Source of the DNA: an uncultured Actinomycetes bacterium
GTDB lineage: Bacteria; Actinomycetota; Thermoleophilia; RBG-16-64-13
DNA length: 64,000 bases
NCBI GenBank assembly: GCA_963747275.1
Contig: CAVVEI010000012.1
Location: 19,066 to 83,065, forward strand
Direction: 5' to 3'
Shown here: positions 44,954-60,365 of the stretch, one piece after another
Layout: the number at the start of each line of letters is the position of its first letter
How positions within the stretch are numbered: the first letter of the stretch is position 1
Notes under the pieces: model-generated
Seen by the model: the letters and a program-made list of their open reading frames with translations, nothing else
Told to the model about the DNA's origin: nothing
Databases searched by the model: none
Position numbers and translations under genes: made by a program

Positions 44954-47532
44954 TCACACCCTGAAGCGCCGCAGCCTCAGCGAGTTGGAGAGCACGCTCA
45001 CCGAGGAGAGCGCCATGGCCACCGCCGCGTACACCGGGTCGAGCAAGATGCCGAAGGCCGGGTAGAGCACTCCCGCCGCCACCGGGATGAGGGCGACGTT
45101 GTAGCCGAAGGCCCAGCCCAAATTCTGCTTGATTATTCGCATAGTCGCCCGGCTGAGACGGATGGCGGTACCGATGGGAGTGAGATCACCGCGCATGAGG
45201 GTCACATCGGCCGTCTCCATGGCCACGTCGGTACCGGTGCCTATGGCCAGGCCGATATCGGCTTGAGCCAGGGCCGGCGCGTCGTTTATGCCGTCGCCCA
45301 CCATGCCCACCACCTTGCCGGCAGCCTGCAGGTCTTTGATCGCCTGGGCCTTGCTCTCCGGCAAGACCTCAGCGAGCACGTTGGTGATTCCGGCCAGCTT
45401 GGCCACAGCTTCGGCCGTCTGCCGGTTGTCACCGGTGAGCATGAAGACCTCCAGCCCCAGACCCTGCAGCTCACGCACCGCCGCCACCGAGTCAGACTTG
45501 AGCACGTCGGCCACGCCTATCACGCCCGCCACCTTGCCCTCCACTACCACGAACATGGGGGTCTTGCCGTCGACAGCCATCTTGTCCGCGGCCGCTCCGA
45601 GCTCTCCGGGGGAGTGACCCCGTTCGTCCAGGAACCGCCGGTTGCCAAGCAACACCCGGACCGCCTTCTCTCCGGCTGAGCGTCGCCTCGATGCCCATGC
45701 CGGGCACGGCGGAGAACTCCTTGACCTCGAGCAACTCCAACCCCTGCGCCCGAGCAGCCTCCACGATAGCCTCGCCCAACGGATGCTCCGAACCCCGCTC
45801 GGCAGACGCGGCCAGTAGGAGCACCTCCCGCGCGGCGGCTTCGCGCGCCACCACCACATCGGTGACCTGAGGCTTGCCCTGGGTGAGGGTCCCGGTCTTG
45901 TCGAGCACCACCACGTCCAACTTGTGCGCCCGCTCCAGGGCTTCGCCGGAGCGGATGAGTATCCCGTTCTCGGCCCCCTTGCCCGTGCCCACCACGATGG
46001 CGGTGGGCGTAGCCAGGCCCATGGCGCAAGGGCAGGCGATGATCAGAACCGAGACGAAGGCCAGCATGGCCAGTGTGAAGACGGGGTCGGGTCCCAAGAA
46101 GTACCACAACAAGAAGGTGGCGATGGCGATCACCAGCACCACGGGCACGAAGATGCTGGCCACATAGTCGGCCAGTCTCTGGATAGGAGCCTTCGAGCCC
46201 TGAGCCTCCTCGACCAGCCGCACGATCTGGGCGAGGGCGGTGTCGCGCCCCACCTTGGTGGCGCGAAAACGGAACGACCCCGTGCGGTTGAGGGTCGCCC
46301 CGATGACTTCGTCACCAGGTCCTTTCTCCACCGGCAGCGACTCACCGGTGAGCATCGATTCGTCCACCGCCGAGCGGCCCTCGAGCACCTCGCCGTCCAC
46401 TGGTATCTTCTCGCCCGGCCGCACCACCACCACATCGCCCACCAGCACTTCGTCGACCGGGATGTCCATCTCCAGCGCAGCGCGCCAGCCGCCGCCGGAC
46501 GCAGCACCCGCGCCGTCTTGGGCTGCAGGCCTATGAGCCGCCGCATGGCCGCCGAAGTCTTGCCTTTGGCCCGCGCCTCCAGATAGCGTCCCAGCAGGAT
46601 CAGCCCGATGATGAGCACCGCCGAGTCGTAGTACACCGCGGCCTCGAAGCCCGCGCCCGCGGCGCCTTCGAACGCGCCTGGGAAGAACGTGACCGCCGCC
46701 GAGTATAGGTAGGCAGCCGAGGTGCCGACCGCGATCAGCGTGTTCATGTCGCTGGTCTTGTGTCGCAAGGCAGCCCACGCTCCGCGATAGAACTGCCAGC
46801 CTGCCCAGAACTGCACCGGCGTGGCCAGGATGAACTGTATGCGCCACTGCCACTCCATGTGCAGCCAGGAGTGGGGTATGAGCATCATGAGCATGAGCAC
46901 TGCCCCCACCACGAGGGCCAGCACGAACTTGACCATCAGCATGCGCACGCGCTTCCGCCGAGCCGCCTCGGCGACGGCCGTGGGGTCTGCGGCGGCCTCA
47001 CCGCCGGCGCCCGCGCCGTCCGCGCCGGCGGCCCCCAACACCAGCGTGTATCCGGCGCCCTTCACCACTTTGGCTATCTCAGCCGGGCTCACGGCGCCGG
47101 GCAGGTAGCTGACCGTGAGCTTCTCCGTGGCCAGGTTGACCGTGGCCTCGGTCACTCCCGGCACCCGCTGGACCACGCGGCCCACCCGCACCGCGCAGTT
47201 GGCGCAATCCATACCCAGCACCGGGAAGGTGGCCGTAGTGGCCGGCACGTTGTACCCGGCCTGCCGCGATGGCCGTCTACCACTTCGCCGGTGGAGGTGC
47301 GATGGGGGTTGTAGGTGACGGTCGCCCGCTCGACCGCCAAGGTTGACGGCCGACTGTCACACCCTGGGCACTCCCGCGATGGCCTTCTCCACCCGCGCCA
47401 CGCAGGCTGCGCAGTTCATGCCCTCCACGGGCAACTGCACCGTGTAGCTACCCGGCAGGCGGTGGTCCTCGTGGCCGACGCCTCGTGGCCCTCGTGCTCA
47501 GACACGTGATTGCGGTGTTCCTTCTCGTCCAT
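44954..47532 (-). pseudogene. copA: copper-translocating P1B-type ATPase CopA, many frameshifts as assembled
   Basis: His-rich N-terminus and two HMA domains (GMNCAACVARV, GMDCANCAVRV). CPC ([13 protein letters not shown]), DKTGTLT, MLTGDN and VGDGINDAPALA. Homology jumps between the three frames near 47478, 47270-47370 (several), 46500 and 45680. Confidence 0.85.
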
Positions 47533-47657
47533 CGGGGTTGAGTGTGCCCCGGTGGAGTGGCGGTCAAACGCCCTCGCGCGCCTCACGCCCGTTTGCCCCG
47601 GCAGCGCGGTGCGACTCCTCTCAGAGTGAAGTGATCACTCTCACCCCATAGAGCCAT

Positions 47658-47729
47658 GATCGCTGAGGTATGCCCGCGGAGTGGTCGAGAGCCTGCGAAC
47701 GCGGTCGGAGCGGGCATGCCTCAGCGATC
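47658..47729. terminator. long hairpin abutting the sigA stop codon (candidate terminator / repeat element)
   Basis: GATCGCTGAGGtATGCCCGC (47658-47677) pairs with GCGGGCATgCCTCAGCGATC (47710-47729). That is 19/20 bp with a 32-nt loop. A second small hairpin AGAGTGA-agtga-TCACTCT lies at about 47621-47641. Confidence 0.5.
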
Positions 47730-48857
<1,128 letters not shown>

Positions 48858-48858
48858 C

Positions 48859-49278
48859 TTATGGGGTCCGCGGCTTCGGGCAGCCGTCGCCGAGCCATCT
48901 GGTCCCGTAGTCACGCATGTGTTCTATGAGGGGGATCAGGTCGTGGCCCATCTCGGTGAGCGAGTATTCCACCCTGGGAGGGACCTCGGCGTAGCTCTTG
49001 CGCGTGACTATGCCGGCCTTCTCCAAGCTCTTGAGCCGCTCAGAGAGCGTCTTGGGACTGATGCCGGTGAGCGACCGTTCAAGAATGCTGAAGCGGTTGA
49101 TGCCGGCGGCGAGGTCGCGCAGAATGAGCAGGGTCCACTTGCCTGAGATGATGTCCGCGGTCTTAAGGACAGGGCACGACTCTGAGTGCGCAACTGGGGA
49201 GTGCACTTCGCCGGCACCTCTCAAGTGACTGGTATTGCCTGACCACCCCTTGGCACTGGCTTGCCTACCGGGTCCCAA
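48859..49278 (-). CDS. HxlR-family winged-helix transcriptional regulator
   Basis: [68 protein letters not shown]. The true start may be GTG 49206. Confidence 0.8.
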   Translation of the reverse strand: MGPGRQASAKGWSGNTSHLRGAGEVHSPVAHSESCPVLKTADIISGKWTLLILRDLAAGINRFSILERSLTGISPKTLSERLKSLEKAGIVTRKSYAEVPPRVEYSLTEMGHDLIPLIEHMRDYGTRWLGDGCPKPRTP

Positions 49279-49403
49279 AGGTAAGGCAAGGTACCAGACA
49301 ACACTTCAGTTTTCAACCTCGCAAGGACGCATTTCTGGCAGTTTTGCGGGGTTTTCGCGAAGTCGGGCCCGGCGCCCAGCGGACCTGCGAGGTAGTGCCG
49401 GCC

Positions 49404-50861
49404 CTATCCGGCGAGGTGCTTGCGCAAGAGTTCGCCCGTCATCTGCGGATTGGCCTGCCCGCGGGTCTCCTTCATGATCTGACCCACGAAGAAGCCCAAG
49501 GCCTTCTCCTTGCCCTGTCGGAACTCCTCGGCCGGACCAGGGTTGCCGGCTACCACGCGGATGACTATGGCCTCCAGTTCGCCCGCATCAGAGATCTGGC
49601 CCAGCCCCTTCTCGGCCACTATCTCGGCCGCGCTCTGGCCGGTGGCAGCCATGGCCTCGAAGACCTCCTTGGCCATCTTGCCCGACAACGTGCCGTCGCT
49701 CACCAACCCCAGCATCTCAGAGAGCTCGGTGACGCTCACCGGACAGCGGTCGGCCGCCAAGCCGGCCGCATTGAGACAGGCCAGCACTTCGCCCAGCACC
49801 CAGTTGGCCGAGAGACGGGCATCGCCTGTGGCAGCGGCCAGGGCCTCGAAGTAGTCACCCAACGGCTTGTCGGTGGAGAGCAGCGCGGCATCCTTGGCCG
49901 TAAGGCCGTAGTCACGCGCCAGCCTCTCCTTGCGCGCGGCCGGCAGCTCGGGCAGCGCTGGCGCGCACCCGGTCCACATAGGCCTGGTCGAGCTCCAGGG
50001 GGGTCAGATCGGGTTCGGGGAAGTAGCGATAGTCGTGAGCCTCTTCTTTGCTGCGCAGGGTATGTACGGCTCCGGTGGCCGGGTCGAAGTGCACCGTCTC
50101 TTGGACTATGCGCTCGCCCGACTCGAGCGCGTCCAATTGTCGCTCTATCTCGGCCTCGACTCCGCGCTGCAAGAAGCGGAACGAGTTCATGTTCTTGAGC
50201 TCGGTCTTGGTACCCAGAGGGTCCCCGGGTCTGCGGAGCGAGACGTTCGCGTCGCAACGCATGGAGCCCTCTTCCATGTTGACGTCGGACACGCCCAGTT
50301 GTTGGACGATGTCCCGCAGTTGCGTGGCGTAGGCGCGCGCCTGCTCGGGAGTGCGCATGTCGGGCTCGCTGACTATCTCTATGAGCGGAGTACCGCAACG
50401 GTTGAAGTCGGCCAGCGAGTAGTCGGCCCCGTCTATGCGGCCCGAGGCACCGCCGGCGTGCACCAGCTTGCCGGCGTCCTCTTCCATGTGCACGCGGGTT
50501 ATGCCCACCCGGTAGGTGCTGCCGTCCTCCAACTCCACGTCCAGGTGGCCGCCGACACCCAGGGGCAGGTCGTACTGCGAGATCTGATAGGCCTTGGGCA
50601 TATCCGGATAGAAGTAGTTCTTGCGGTGGAAGATGGTGCGCGGCGCTATCTCGCAGTCCAGCGCCAAGGCGATGCGTGTGGCGTACTCGACCGCCGTCTG
50701 GTTGACCACCGGCAGCACGCCCGGATGCCCCAGGCAGAGCGGACAGACCTTGGTGTTGGGTGCTCGCCGAACGTCACCTCGCAACCGCAGAACATCTTGG
50801 TGCGGGTGTTCAGCTGCACGTGCATCTCCAGGCCTATGACAGCTTCGTAGCCATCTCTCAT
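49404..50861 (-). pseudogene. gatB: Asp/Glu-tRNA amidotransferase subunit B, two frameshifts as assembled
   Basis: [33 protein letters not shown] | [44 protein letters not shown] | [34 protein letters not shown]. The breaks lie near 50762 and 49960. Confidence 0.9.
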
Positions 50862-52368
50862 GACGAGGCCCCGCTACCGGCGCCGGGCCGGCCGCGCCGA
50901 GCGGCGCCGCCACGTCCACCTTGAGCGCCTGCTCGACGGCGTGAGCCGCGTCGAACAGTCCGCGCTCGCTGAAGTGCGGAGCTATGATCTGCAGACCTAC
51001 GGGCAGACCGTCGGAGAATCCGGCCGGCACGCTGATGCCCGGCAGCGCCGCCAGGTTGACCGGGATAGTGCAGAGGTCGGAGAGATACATGGCCAGCGGG
51101 TCGGCCGTGCGCTCGCCTATCTTGAAGGCCACCGTGGGGGAGGTGGGCGAGATCAAGAAGTCGAAACGCTCGAAGGCTTTGGCAAAGTCTTGGATTATGA
51201 GGGTGCGGGTCCGCTGCGCCTGAGCGTAGTAGGCGTCGTAGTAGCCGGCGGAGAGGGCATAGGTGCCTATCATGATGCGGCGCTTGACCTCGGGGCCGAA
51301 GCCCTCGCTGCGGGTGCGCACGTACATTTCGTAGAGGTCCGAGGCGTCGGCGGCGCGATGGCCGTAACGCACCCCGTCGAAACGGGCCAGGTTGGAGCTG
51401 GCCTCGGACGGCGCGATGAGGTAGTAGGCGGCCACGCCGCGCTCGACGCTGGGCAGGCTCACCTCTTCGCAGGTGCCGCCCAAAGCCTCGATGTCGGCGA
51501 CCGCCGCGGCGAAGACGTCGCGCACACCGGGCTCGGCAGCGTCGCCGATGTACTCCTTGATGATGCCGAACCGCAGACCTTTGAGGTCGGTGCGCTCGGG
51601 CACGCCGGCCGGCTCGGTCAGACCGGTGCTGGTGGAGTCGCGAGGGTCTTTGCCGGCGACCAAGTCCAGGAGCGCCGCGGCGTCCTTGGTGTCACGCGTG
51701 AGCGGACCTATCTGGTCCAGCGAGCTGGCGAAGGCGATGAGGCCATAACGGCTGACCGCGCCGTACGTGGGCTTCATGCCCACCACACCACACAGCGAGG
51801 CTGGTTGGCGGATGGAGCCGCCGGTGTCGCTGCCCAGGGCCCAGGGGGCCTCGGAGGCGGCGACACAGGCGGCGGAGCCGCCACTGGAGCCGCCCGGCAC
51901 CCGGTCGAGGTCCCAGGGGTTGTGTGTGACCTGATAGGCGGAGTTCTCGGTGGAGCTGCCCATGGCGAACTCGTCCATGTTGAGCTTGCCCAAGAAGATG
52001 AGTCCGGCCTGCCGCAGCTTGGCGACCACGGTGGCGTCGTACGGAGGCACGTAGCCTTTGAGGATGCGGGAGGCACAGGTCGTCTCCATGCCCTTGACGC
52101 AGAGGACGTCCTTGAGACCTATAGGTACGCCTTCCCAGGGAAGCCGCTCACCCTTCGGCTTGGCGTCCACCGAGCGGGCGGCGCTGAGCGCGCCCGCCTC
52201 ATCCACCAGCAGATAGGCCTTGACCTCACCGTCCACGGCCACGATGCGGTCCAGGTACGCCTGCGTCAGCTCGACTGCCGAGACCTGCCCGGCAGCGAGC
52301 AGCGCCCGGCACTCATGGGCTGTGAGCCCCGTGACGTCTATCGCCGTCCCACTGCTCGTCGAACCCAC
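50858..52368 (-). pseudogene. gatA: Asp/Glu-tRNA amidotransferase subunit A; 3' end lacks its stop as assembled
   Basis: Amidase signature [22 protein letters not shown]. As assembled the frame reads through into gatB, giving the 818-aa ORF. A -1 shift in the last ~30 nt would end it ..GSGASS-TGA at 50858-50860, overlapping the gatB ATG (ATGA). Confidence 0.85.
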
Positions 52369-52374
52369 CGCGGC

Positions 52375-52656
52375 CTAGCCTATCCGGGGCACCACGAACT
52401 GCCCCCGCTCCACCTGCGGACCGTTGCCCACCGCCTCTTCGTGAGTCAGCCCAGGCACCGGCTCGTCCGCGCGCAGGACGTTCTTGAGCGGTACCGCGTG
52501 CGAGGTGGGTTCCAAACCCGAGAGATCCAGCTCAGAGAGCTGCTCCACGTACTCGATGATCTTGCTCAGCTCAGGCTGCAGACGGGCGAGCTCGTCTTCG
52601 TCGAAGCGCAGACGCGCGAGGCGCGCGACATGTTCGACTTGTTCGCGGGAGATCAT
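52375..52656 (-). CDS. gatC: Asp/Glu-tRNA amidotransferase subunit C
   Basis: MISREQVEHVARLARLRFDEDEL..IIEYVEQLSELD..VLRADE. ATG 52677 is the alternative upstream start. Confidence 0.85.
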   Translation of the reverse strand: MISREQVEHVARLARLRFDEDELARLQPELSKIIEYVEQLSELDLSGLEPTSHAVPLKNVLRADEPVPGLTHEEAVGNGPQVERGQFVVPRIG

Positions 52657-52796
52657 GATGGCCTGGATTATAGCCAAATGAATGGGCGCCCTGGCAAGGC
52701 GCCCGAGAGGAGAAAGGAGAGCCTTGTGTGGAGGGCTCTCGCCCCTACTATCGGCGCCGAGGCCTATTGCTTTAGCAGAAGCCTGCCTGGCAAAAG

Positions 52797-52822
52797 AAAA
52801 GCCCCGCCGAAGCGGGGCTTTT
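52797..52822 (-). terminator. rho-independent terminator of the cold-shock gene
   Basis: AAAAGCCCCGC-cgaa-GCGGGGCTTTT is an 11-bp stem. On the minus strand it is followed by TTTTCTTTTG. Confidence 0.8.
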
Positions 52823-52852
52823 GTCTCAGCTAGAGATCTCTCTCTAAGTGGG

Positions 52853-53068
52853 TCAAACGGGCGCGACGTTCGCCGCCTGAAGGCCTTTCGGACCTTGGAC
52901 TACGTCGAAAGTAACAGCCTGTCCCTCCGCAAGCGTCCTGAAACCCTCTACTTGGACTTCACTGAAGTGTACGAAGAGATCTTCACCCTCCGGCTGCTCA
53001 ATGAATCCGTAGCCCTTTTCGGGACTAAACCACTTGACAGTCCCCTCAGCCAACCCTACAACCTCCAT
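52853..53068 (-). CDS. cold-shock protein (CspA family)
   Basis: [15 protein letters not shown] (RNP1) and DLFVHFS (RNP2). 71 aa. Confidence 0.9.
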   Translation of the reverse strand: MEVVGLAEGTVKWFSPEKGYGFIEQPEGEDLFVHFSEVQVEGFRTLAEGQAVTFDVVQGPKGLQAANVAPV

Positions 53069-53199
53069 GTACTCGGGGCGACGTTATTCGGCCCACCCCA
53101 CTCAAAACACGCGGTCCGGCAATTCCGGGCACGCGGCGCCACAATAGCTGAACCTGAGGGCTGGGTCAAGGCTCAAAAAGGCGGAATCTGGAAAACTTG

Positions 53200-54313
53200 C
53201 TAACTGTCGATATCGCGCAGCGCCTGGGCGTCTCGATAGTGCTTCAGACGATTGAGGGTCTTGGCTTCCACTTGACGGATCCGCTCTCTGGTGACGCCAA
53301 AACGCTCACCCACCTCCTCCAGGGTGCGAGGCCGTTCTCCCTTGAGCCCGAAGCGCAGTTCGAGCACCTTGCGGTCTCGCGCGGGTAGGCTGTCCAACAC
53401 CTTGAAGAGCTCCTCCCGGCGCATCTGGCGAAACACGACCTCCAGCGGCTGGTCGGCGTCGCTGCCGGCTATGAAGTCGCCCAGCTCAGAGTCGTCCTCG
53501 TCGCCCACGGGCGTCTCCAGCGACACGGGCTCTTGAGCCGCCTTCTGTATGTCTCTCACCTTGTTGGCTGTGCCCTAGCGCGTCGGCCATCTCTTTGACG
53601 GTAGGCTCGTGGCCGCTCTTCTGCAGGAGCTCGCGCTGGATGCGGTTCAGCTTGTTCATGGTCTCCACCGCGTGCACGGGCACCCGTATGGTGCGGGCCT
53701 GGTCGGCTATGGCCCGAGTGACGGCCTGCCGTATCCACCAGGTAGCGTAGGTGGAGAACTTGTATCCCAGCGTGTAGTCGAACTTCTCCACTGCCCGGAT
53801 CAGACCCAGGTTGCCCTCCTGGATGAGGTCCAAGAACAGGAGCCCCCGACCCATGTAACGCTTGGCGATCGAGACCACCAGCCGCAGGTTGGCCTCGGTC
53901 AGCCTGCGCTTGGCCTCCATGTCCTGCTGCTCCACCCGCTTGGCCAGCTCTATCTCCTGCTTCGACGTGAGCAGAGGCACCTTGCCGATCTCGCGCAGGT
54001 ACATGCGCACCGGGTCGTCGACGGTGTGGTCTATGGTCACGTCCAGAAGGCTCAAGAACTCCTCTTGCTCGGAGAAGTCATCAGGCTCCTCGGCCTCTTC
54101 TTCGACCACCTCGACGCCCAGGTCGCCCAACAGCGAGTAGATGAACTCCACGTCGTCCGGGGGCAGGTCGGCCTCATGGACTAGGGCGTTCACGTCGTCG
54201 AGCGTCAGAGAGCCCTGCTCCTTGGCCCTCTCCAAGGCGCCTTGCAGTACCTCGACGGTGACGTCGCGGGCGCCGTCGCTGTCGTCTGCGGCTATGTCAG
54301 AGTCGCTCAGCAT
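53200..54313 (-). pseudogene. second RpoD-like sigma-70 factor (in the dnaG operon position), one frameshift as assembled
   Basis: [65 protein letters not shown]. Break at the CCC/GGG run 53573-53575 (..EMADALG|[23 protein letters not shown]). Region 4: [32 protein letters not shown]. Confidence 0.85.
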
Positions 54314-54431
54314 CTGGGTCCAACTTGTTTATGCTTGCCGGTCAGGTGTGGTGCGCATTCTGCAGCAGTCGCTCGCGCGCTTCGAGTGGCGACCATCGTC
54401 GCCCTCTTTTTAGGGTCGCACGGAGACGCGT

Positions 54432-56134
54432 TCATCTGCCGTCGTAGTGCTGCTCCTGCAGGCGCAGATGCAGCTCTTCCAGGGCCGCGGCGGAAAGACT
54501 GCGCGATCGGCCTCCATCACCAGGCGGACGAACAAGGGCCCAGCTTCTGAGTCCCCCTTGCGGGCCTGTATCTCAGCGCCGCCAGCACCGCGTCTCGGTC
54601 ACCTCGGGCCCGACCGCTGATGGCCTCCTTCAGCCCCGCGAAGACCTCGCGCTTGCTTGGGTCGGCAAAGTGCTCGGGCGTGAGCACCTCCATGACCGTG
54701 CCCAGCCCGGTCCAGGTTGCATACTGCCGCCATCAGGAAGTCCCGCTCGTGGAGGACTCTTTGCCCAATACCCTCCGGGCGAGAGGGGTCTCCGCACCGC
54801 TCTCCCCTCTGGAGGCTCCCGAACGCCCTCGAGTGGGTGGTCCTGACTGCAGCAGCAGGGTCACGCTCTCCGGAGTGAGTCGCAGGGGGTCGGCCAAGAG
54901 AGGTATCTCTTCTTCGCGCTCCTTGACCGAGGTGGCGCCTGCCATGATCTCGCGCACCTCCTCGAACACGCGCACGCGGCCGTCCGCCGTGGAGGTGTCC
55001 CCCTTGGCCAGGGCCTGACGAAGCTCGAAGCCGAGCAGCGAGATCTTGCTCCTTGACGAGCTCGTCGACCGCTCTTGCCCCCCGGCGACCGCCACGTCGG
55101 CCGGGTCTTTGCCGGCGGGCAGCACCGCGCACATGGGGCGCAGGGAGTGACCGCGGGCCAGTTGCCCCGAGCGGAGCATGGCCTCGGTACCCGCCCTGTC
55201 GGCGTCGAACATGAAGGTCACGTTCTTGGCGAAGCGCATCATCAGAGCCTATCTGGGCGTCGGTGAGCGCGGTGCCCATGGAGGCCACCACGTTGCCGGT
55301 GCCCGCCTGAGCGAGAGCCAGACACTCTGTGTAACCCTCGACCACGATCACCTCGTCCGAGTCGGCCACAGCCTTTCTCGCCTGATACAGCCCATAAAGC
55401 AGACGCCCTTTCTGATACAAAGGCCCCTCGGGGGAGTTCAGATACTTGGGCAGTCTCGTCGGTGAGCGTCCTCCCCCCAAAGCCCACTACCCTGCCCCGG
55501 TGATCCACCAGGGGGAACATCAGCCGCCCGCGAAAACGGTCGTACGTCTTGCCGTTCTGGCGCACTAAGAGACCCGCGTCCTCCAGCTCGCGCTCGGTGA
55601 ACCCCTCCTTGGTGGCCCGGGCGTGCAGCCCTCTCCATCCGGAGGCGAGTAAGCCCACCCGGTAGGTCTCGCAGATGGCCTTGCCGAGCCCGCGCTTCTC
55701 CAGGTAGTCCCTGCCCCTTGGCCCTCCTTCGATTCCCAAAGGAGGTGCTGATAAAACTTGGCGGTTCGGTCTAGCAGTTGCAGCAGTCGTGAGTCCCGCT
55801 CTTTGCGGCCTGCATCCGGTCCGCTGCCCTCCTCGTACTTGACGGGCACCCCGAAGCGCTCACCCAGCTGCTCGATGGCCTCAGAGAAGGTCAGGTTCTC
55901 GATCTTCTCCAGGAACCGGACGATATCGCCGCCCTCGCCACAACCGAAGCAGTAGTAGAGCCCCTTGTCGGCGCTGACGGTGAACGAGGGGGTCTTCTCC
56001 TGATGGAACGGGCAGAGACCCAGATGAGTGGCCCCGCGTTTGCGCAGGCTGGTGTAGCCAGCCACGACCTCCACGATGATTGGCGGCCGAGAGGACCTGC
56101 CTGCACGCTCTCGTCCTTGATGAACGGGGCTCAC
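54432..56134 (-). pseudogene. dnaG: DNA primase DnaG, at least 6 frameshifts as assembled
   Basis: GTG 56134 overlaps the dgt stop (GTGA). Zinc ribbon GLCPFHQEKTPSFTVSADKGLYYCFGCGEGGD. RNA-polymerase domain FRGRLMFPLVDHRGRVVGFGGR. Toprim VIVVEGYTECLALAQAG..FMFDADRAG. The C-terminus ..LVMEADRA..LEELHLRLQEQHYDGR is spread over all three frames. Confidence 0.85.
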
Positions 56135-57289
56135 AGGTCGCCCCAGCATCTGGGCATGAAGAGCTCCAGATAGAGCCTCTGCGCGTAGCGATCGGTCATG
56201 CCGGCCACGTGGTCGGCGACTGCGCGCACCAATCAGTGCGGTCGCCCCCCGCGCCGCCGGCCTGCGGCGGCGGCGACGGCAGCGCACTCGGGGTGCTCCA
56301 AGTAGTAGCGCATGAGCTGAGTCAGCAACCGCCGGACCCGCTCACCGCCGGCCTGCTCGAGCGCCCGCGGATAGACAGTGGCGAAGAGGAACTCGCGCAA
56401 TTCGGCCATGGCAGCTCCGACTGCCGGCGTCTGGACGATGCCCGGCGGCGCGGTGCCCGGCGAGACCGCGGCCGACGCCGGGGCGCGGCGCCGCGGCATC
56501 GCCGCGGCCGCGCCTGGCCGGCCGGTGGCGCGAGGCGCTCTCCTCGGCCTCGGCGCTGGCGTCCACCAGGTCGTGCACCAAGCGGTCTATGCGCTCGCTG
56601 CCCGTCTCACCCAGCAGGGCGACCGGTCCGGCGGGCAGATCGTCCATGGTGATCGAGTCCCGGCGCGCAGCGCGTCGTCGATGTCGTGGTTGACGTAGGC
56701 GATACGGTCGGCCAGGTGGACTATCTCGGCTTCCAGCGTGGCGGGGCTGGCGTTGTCGCCGGAGTGGTGCCGGATGCCGTCGACCACCTCCCAGGTGAGG
56801 TTGAGCCCCTGGCCGTCGTTCTCCAAGATCTCGACCACCCGGGCGCTCTGCTCGTTGTGCTGGAAGCCGCCCAGCCCCATCTCCGCGCAGCACGTCGTCG
56901 AGCACGCTCTCGCCGGCGTGACCGAAGGGAGTGTGGCCCAGATCGTGGCCGAGCGCGATAGCCTCGGCCAGGTCTTCGTTGAGGCGTAGCGCCCGGGCAG
57001 CAGTGCGGGCGATGCCGGACACCTCGAGGGTGTGCGTGAGCCGGGTGCGATAGTGGTCGCCCTCGGGCGAGATGAAGACTTGGGTCTTGTGCTTGAGCCG
57101 GCGGAACGACTTGCTGTGGACTATGCGGTCGCGGTCGCGCTGATAGGGGGTGCGCAGCCCGCAGGGCTCCTCAGGTCGCTCCGCTCCTCTAGAGGCCGCG
57201 GAGCGCTGCGCGCGTGGCGACAGACCCGCCTCGTACAGGTCGGCGGACAACCGGACTCGTCCTGCACACTCCCGCTTCAATCGGCACAC
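56131..57289 (-). pseudogene. dgt: dGTPase-like HD-domain triphosphohydrolase (Dgt family), several frameshifts as assembled
   Basis: [73 protein letters not shown] and C-terminal AGMTDRYAQRLYLELF. The pieces lie in different frames. Confidence 0.8.
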
Positions 57290-57401
57290 CCTCCCGGCGT
57301 CCGCGCAGGCTCAAGGCTCGCACGCATTCCGCTGGTCAGTCTACAACTTCCGGAGGACGGTGGAGCCGCGCGCTGTGACAGCCCGCGGGCGAGAATGTCA
57401 C

Positions 57402-57432
57402 GGGGCGCGCCGCGCAACGCGCGGCGCGCCCC
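57402..57432. terminator. GC-rich hairpin downstream of ppdK
   Basis: GGGGCGCGCCGCG-caacg-CGCGGCGCGCCCC is a perfect 13-bp stem 12 nt past the ppdK stop. There is no clear U-tract. Confidence 0.45.
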
Positions 57433-57443
57433 GAAAGGTCTCG

Positions 57444-60123
<2,680 letters not shown>

Positions 60124-60365
60124 CAGCCAGGCTCCCTTCGAGTCTGCTCCATTTGCTGCGATTTCTTGCCCTCCCCCAAAGACCTCGTATGATACCAAGC
60201 CGGGCCTCGTTTGCACGGCCAAGACGGCGCAGGCCTCGCTCAACACCGGGAGTGGCATCTTCCTGCCGCGCCTAGGCGGCGTCAGTCGTGCGCGTTGGTC
60301 GACGCGTCGCTTCGTCTCTGATAGCGTAGTCTTCAGCGAGGACCTCCGCGCACCGAGGACGGTCG

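Noticed and set aside
49912-52368. 818-aa ORF that looks like a GatA-GatB fusion protein
   Set aside because: GatB has its own ATG (50861) and a family-typical N-terminus ([17 protein letters not shown]) in another frame. The read-through arises from a frame error at the gatA 3' end combined with the gatB frameshift near 50762. A canonical ATGA stop/start overlap is restored by a 1-nt correction.
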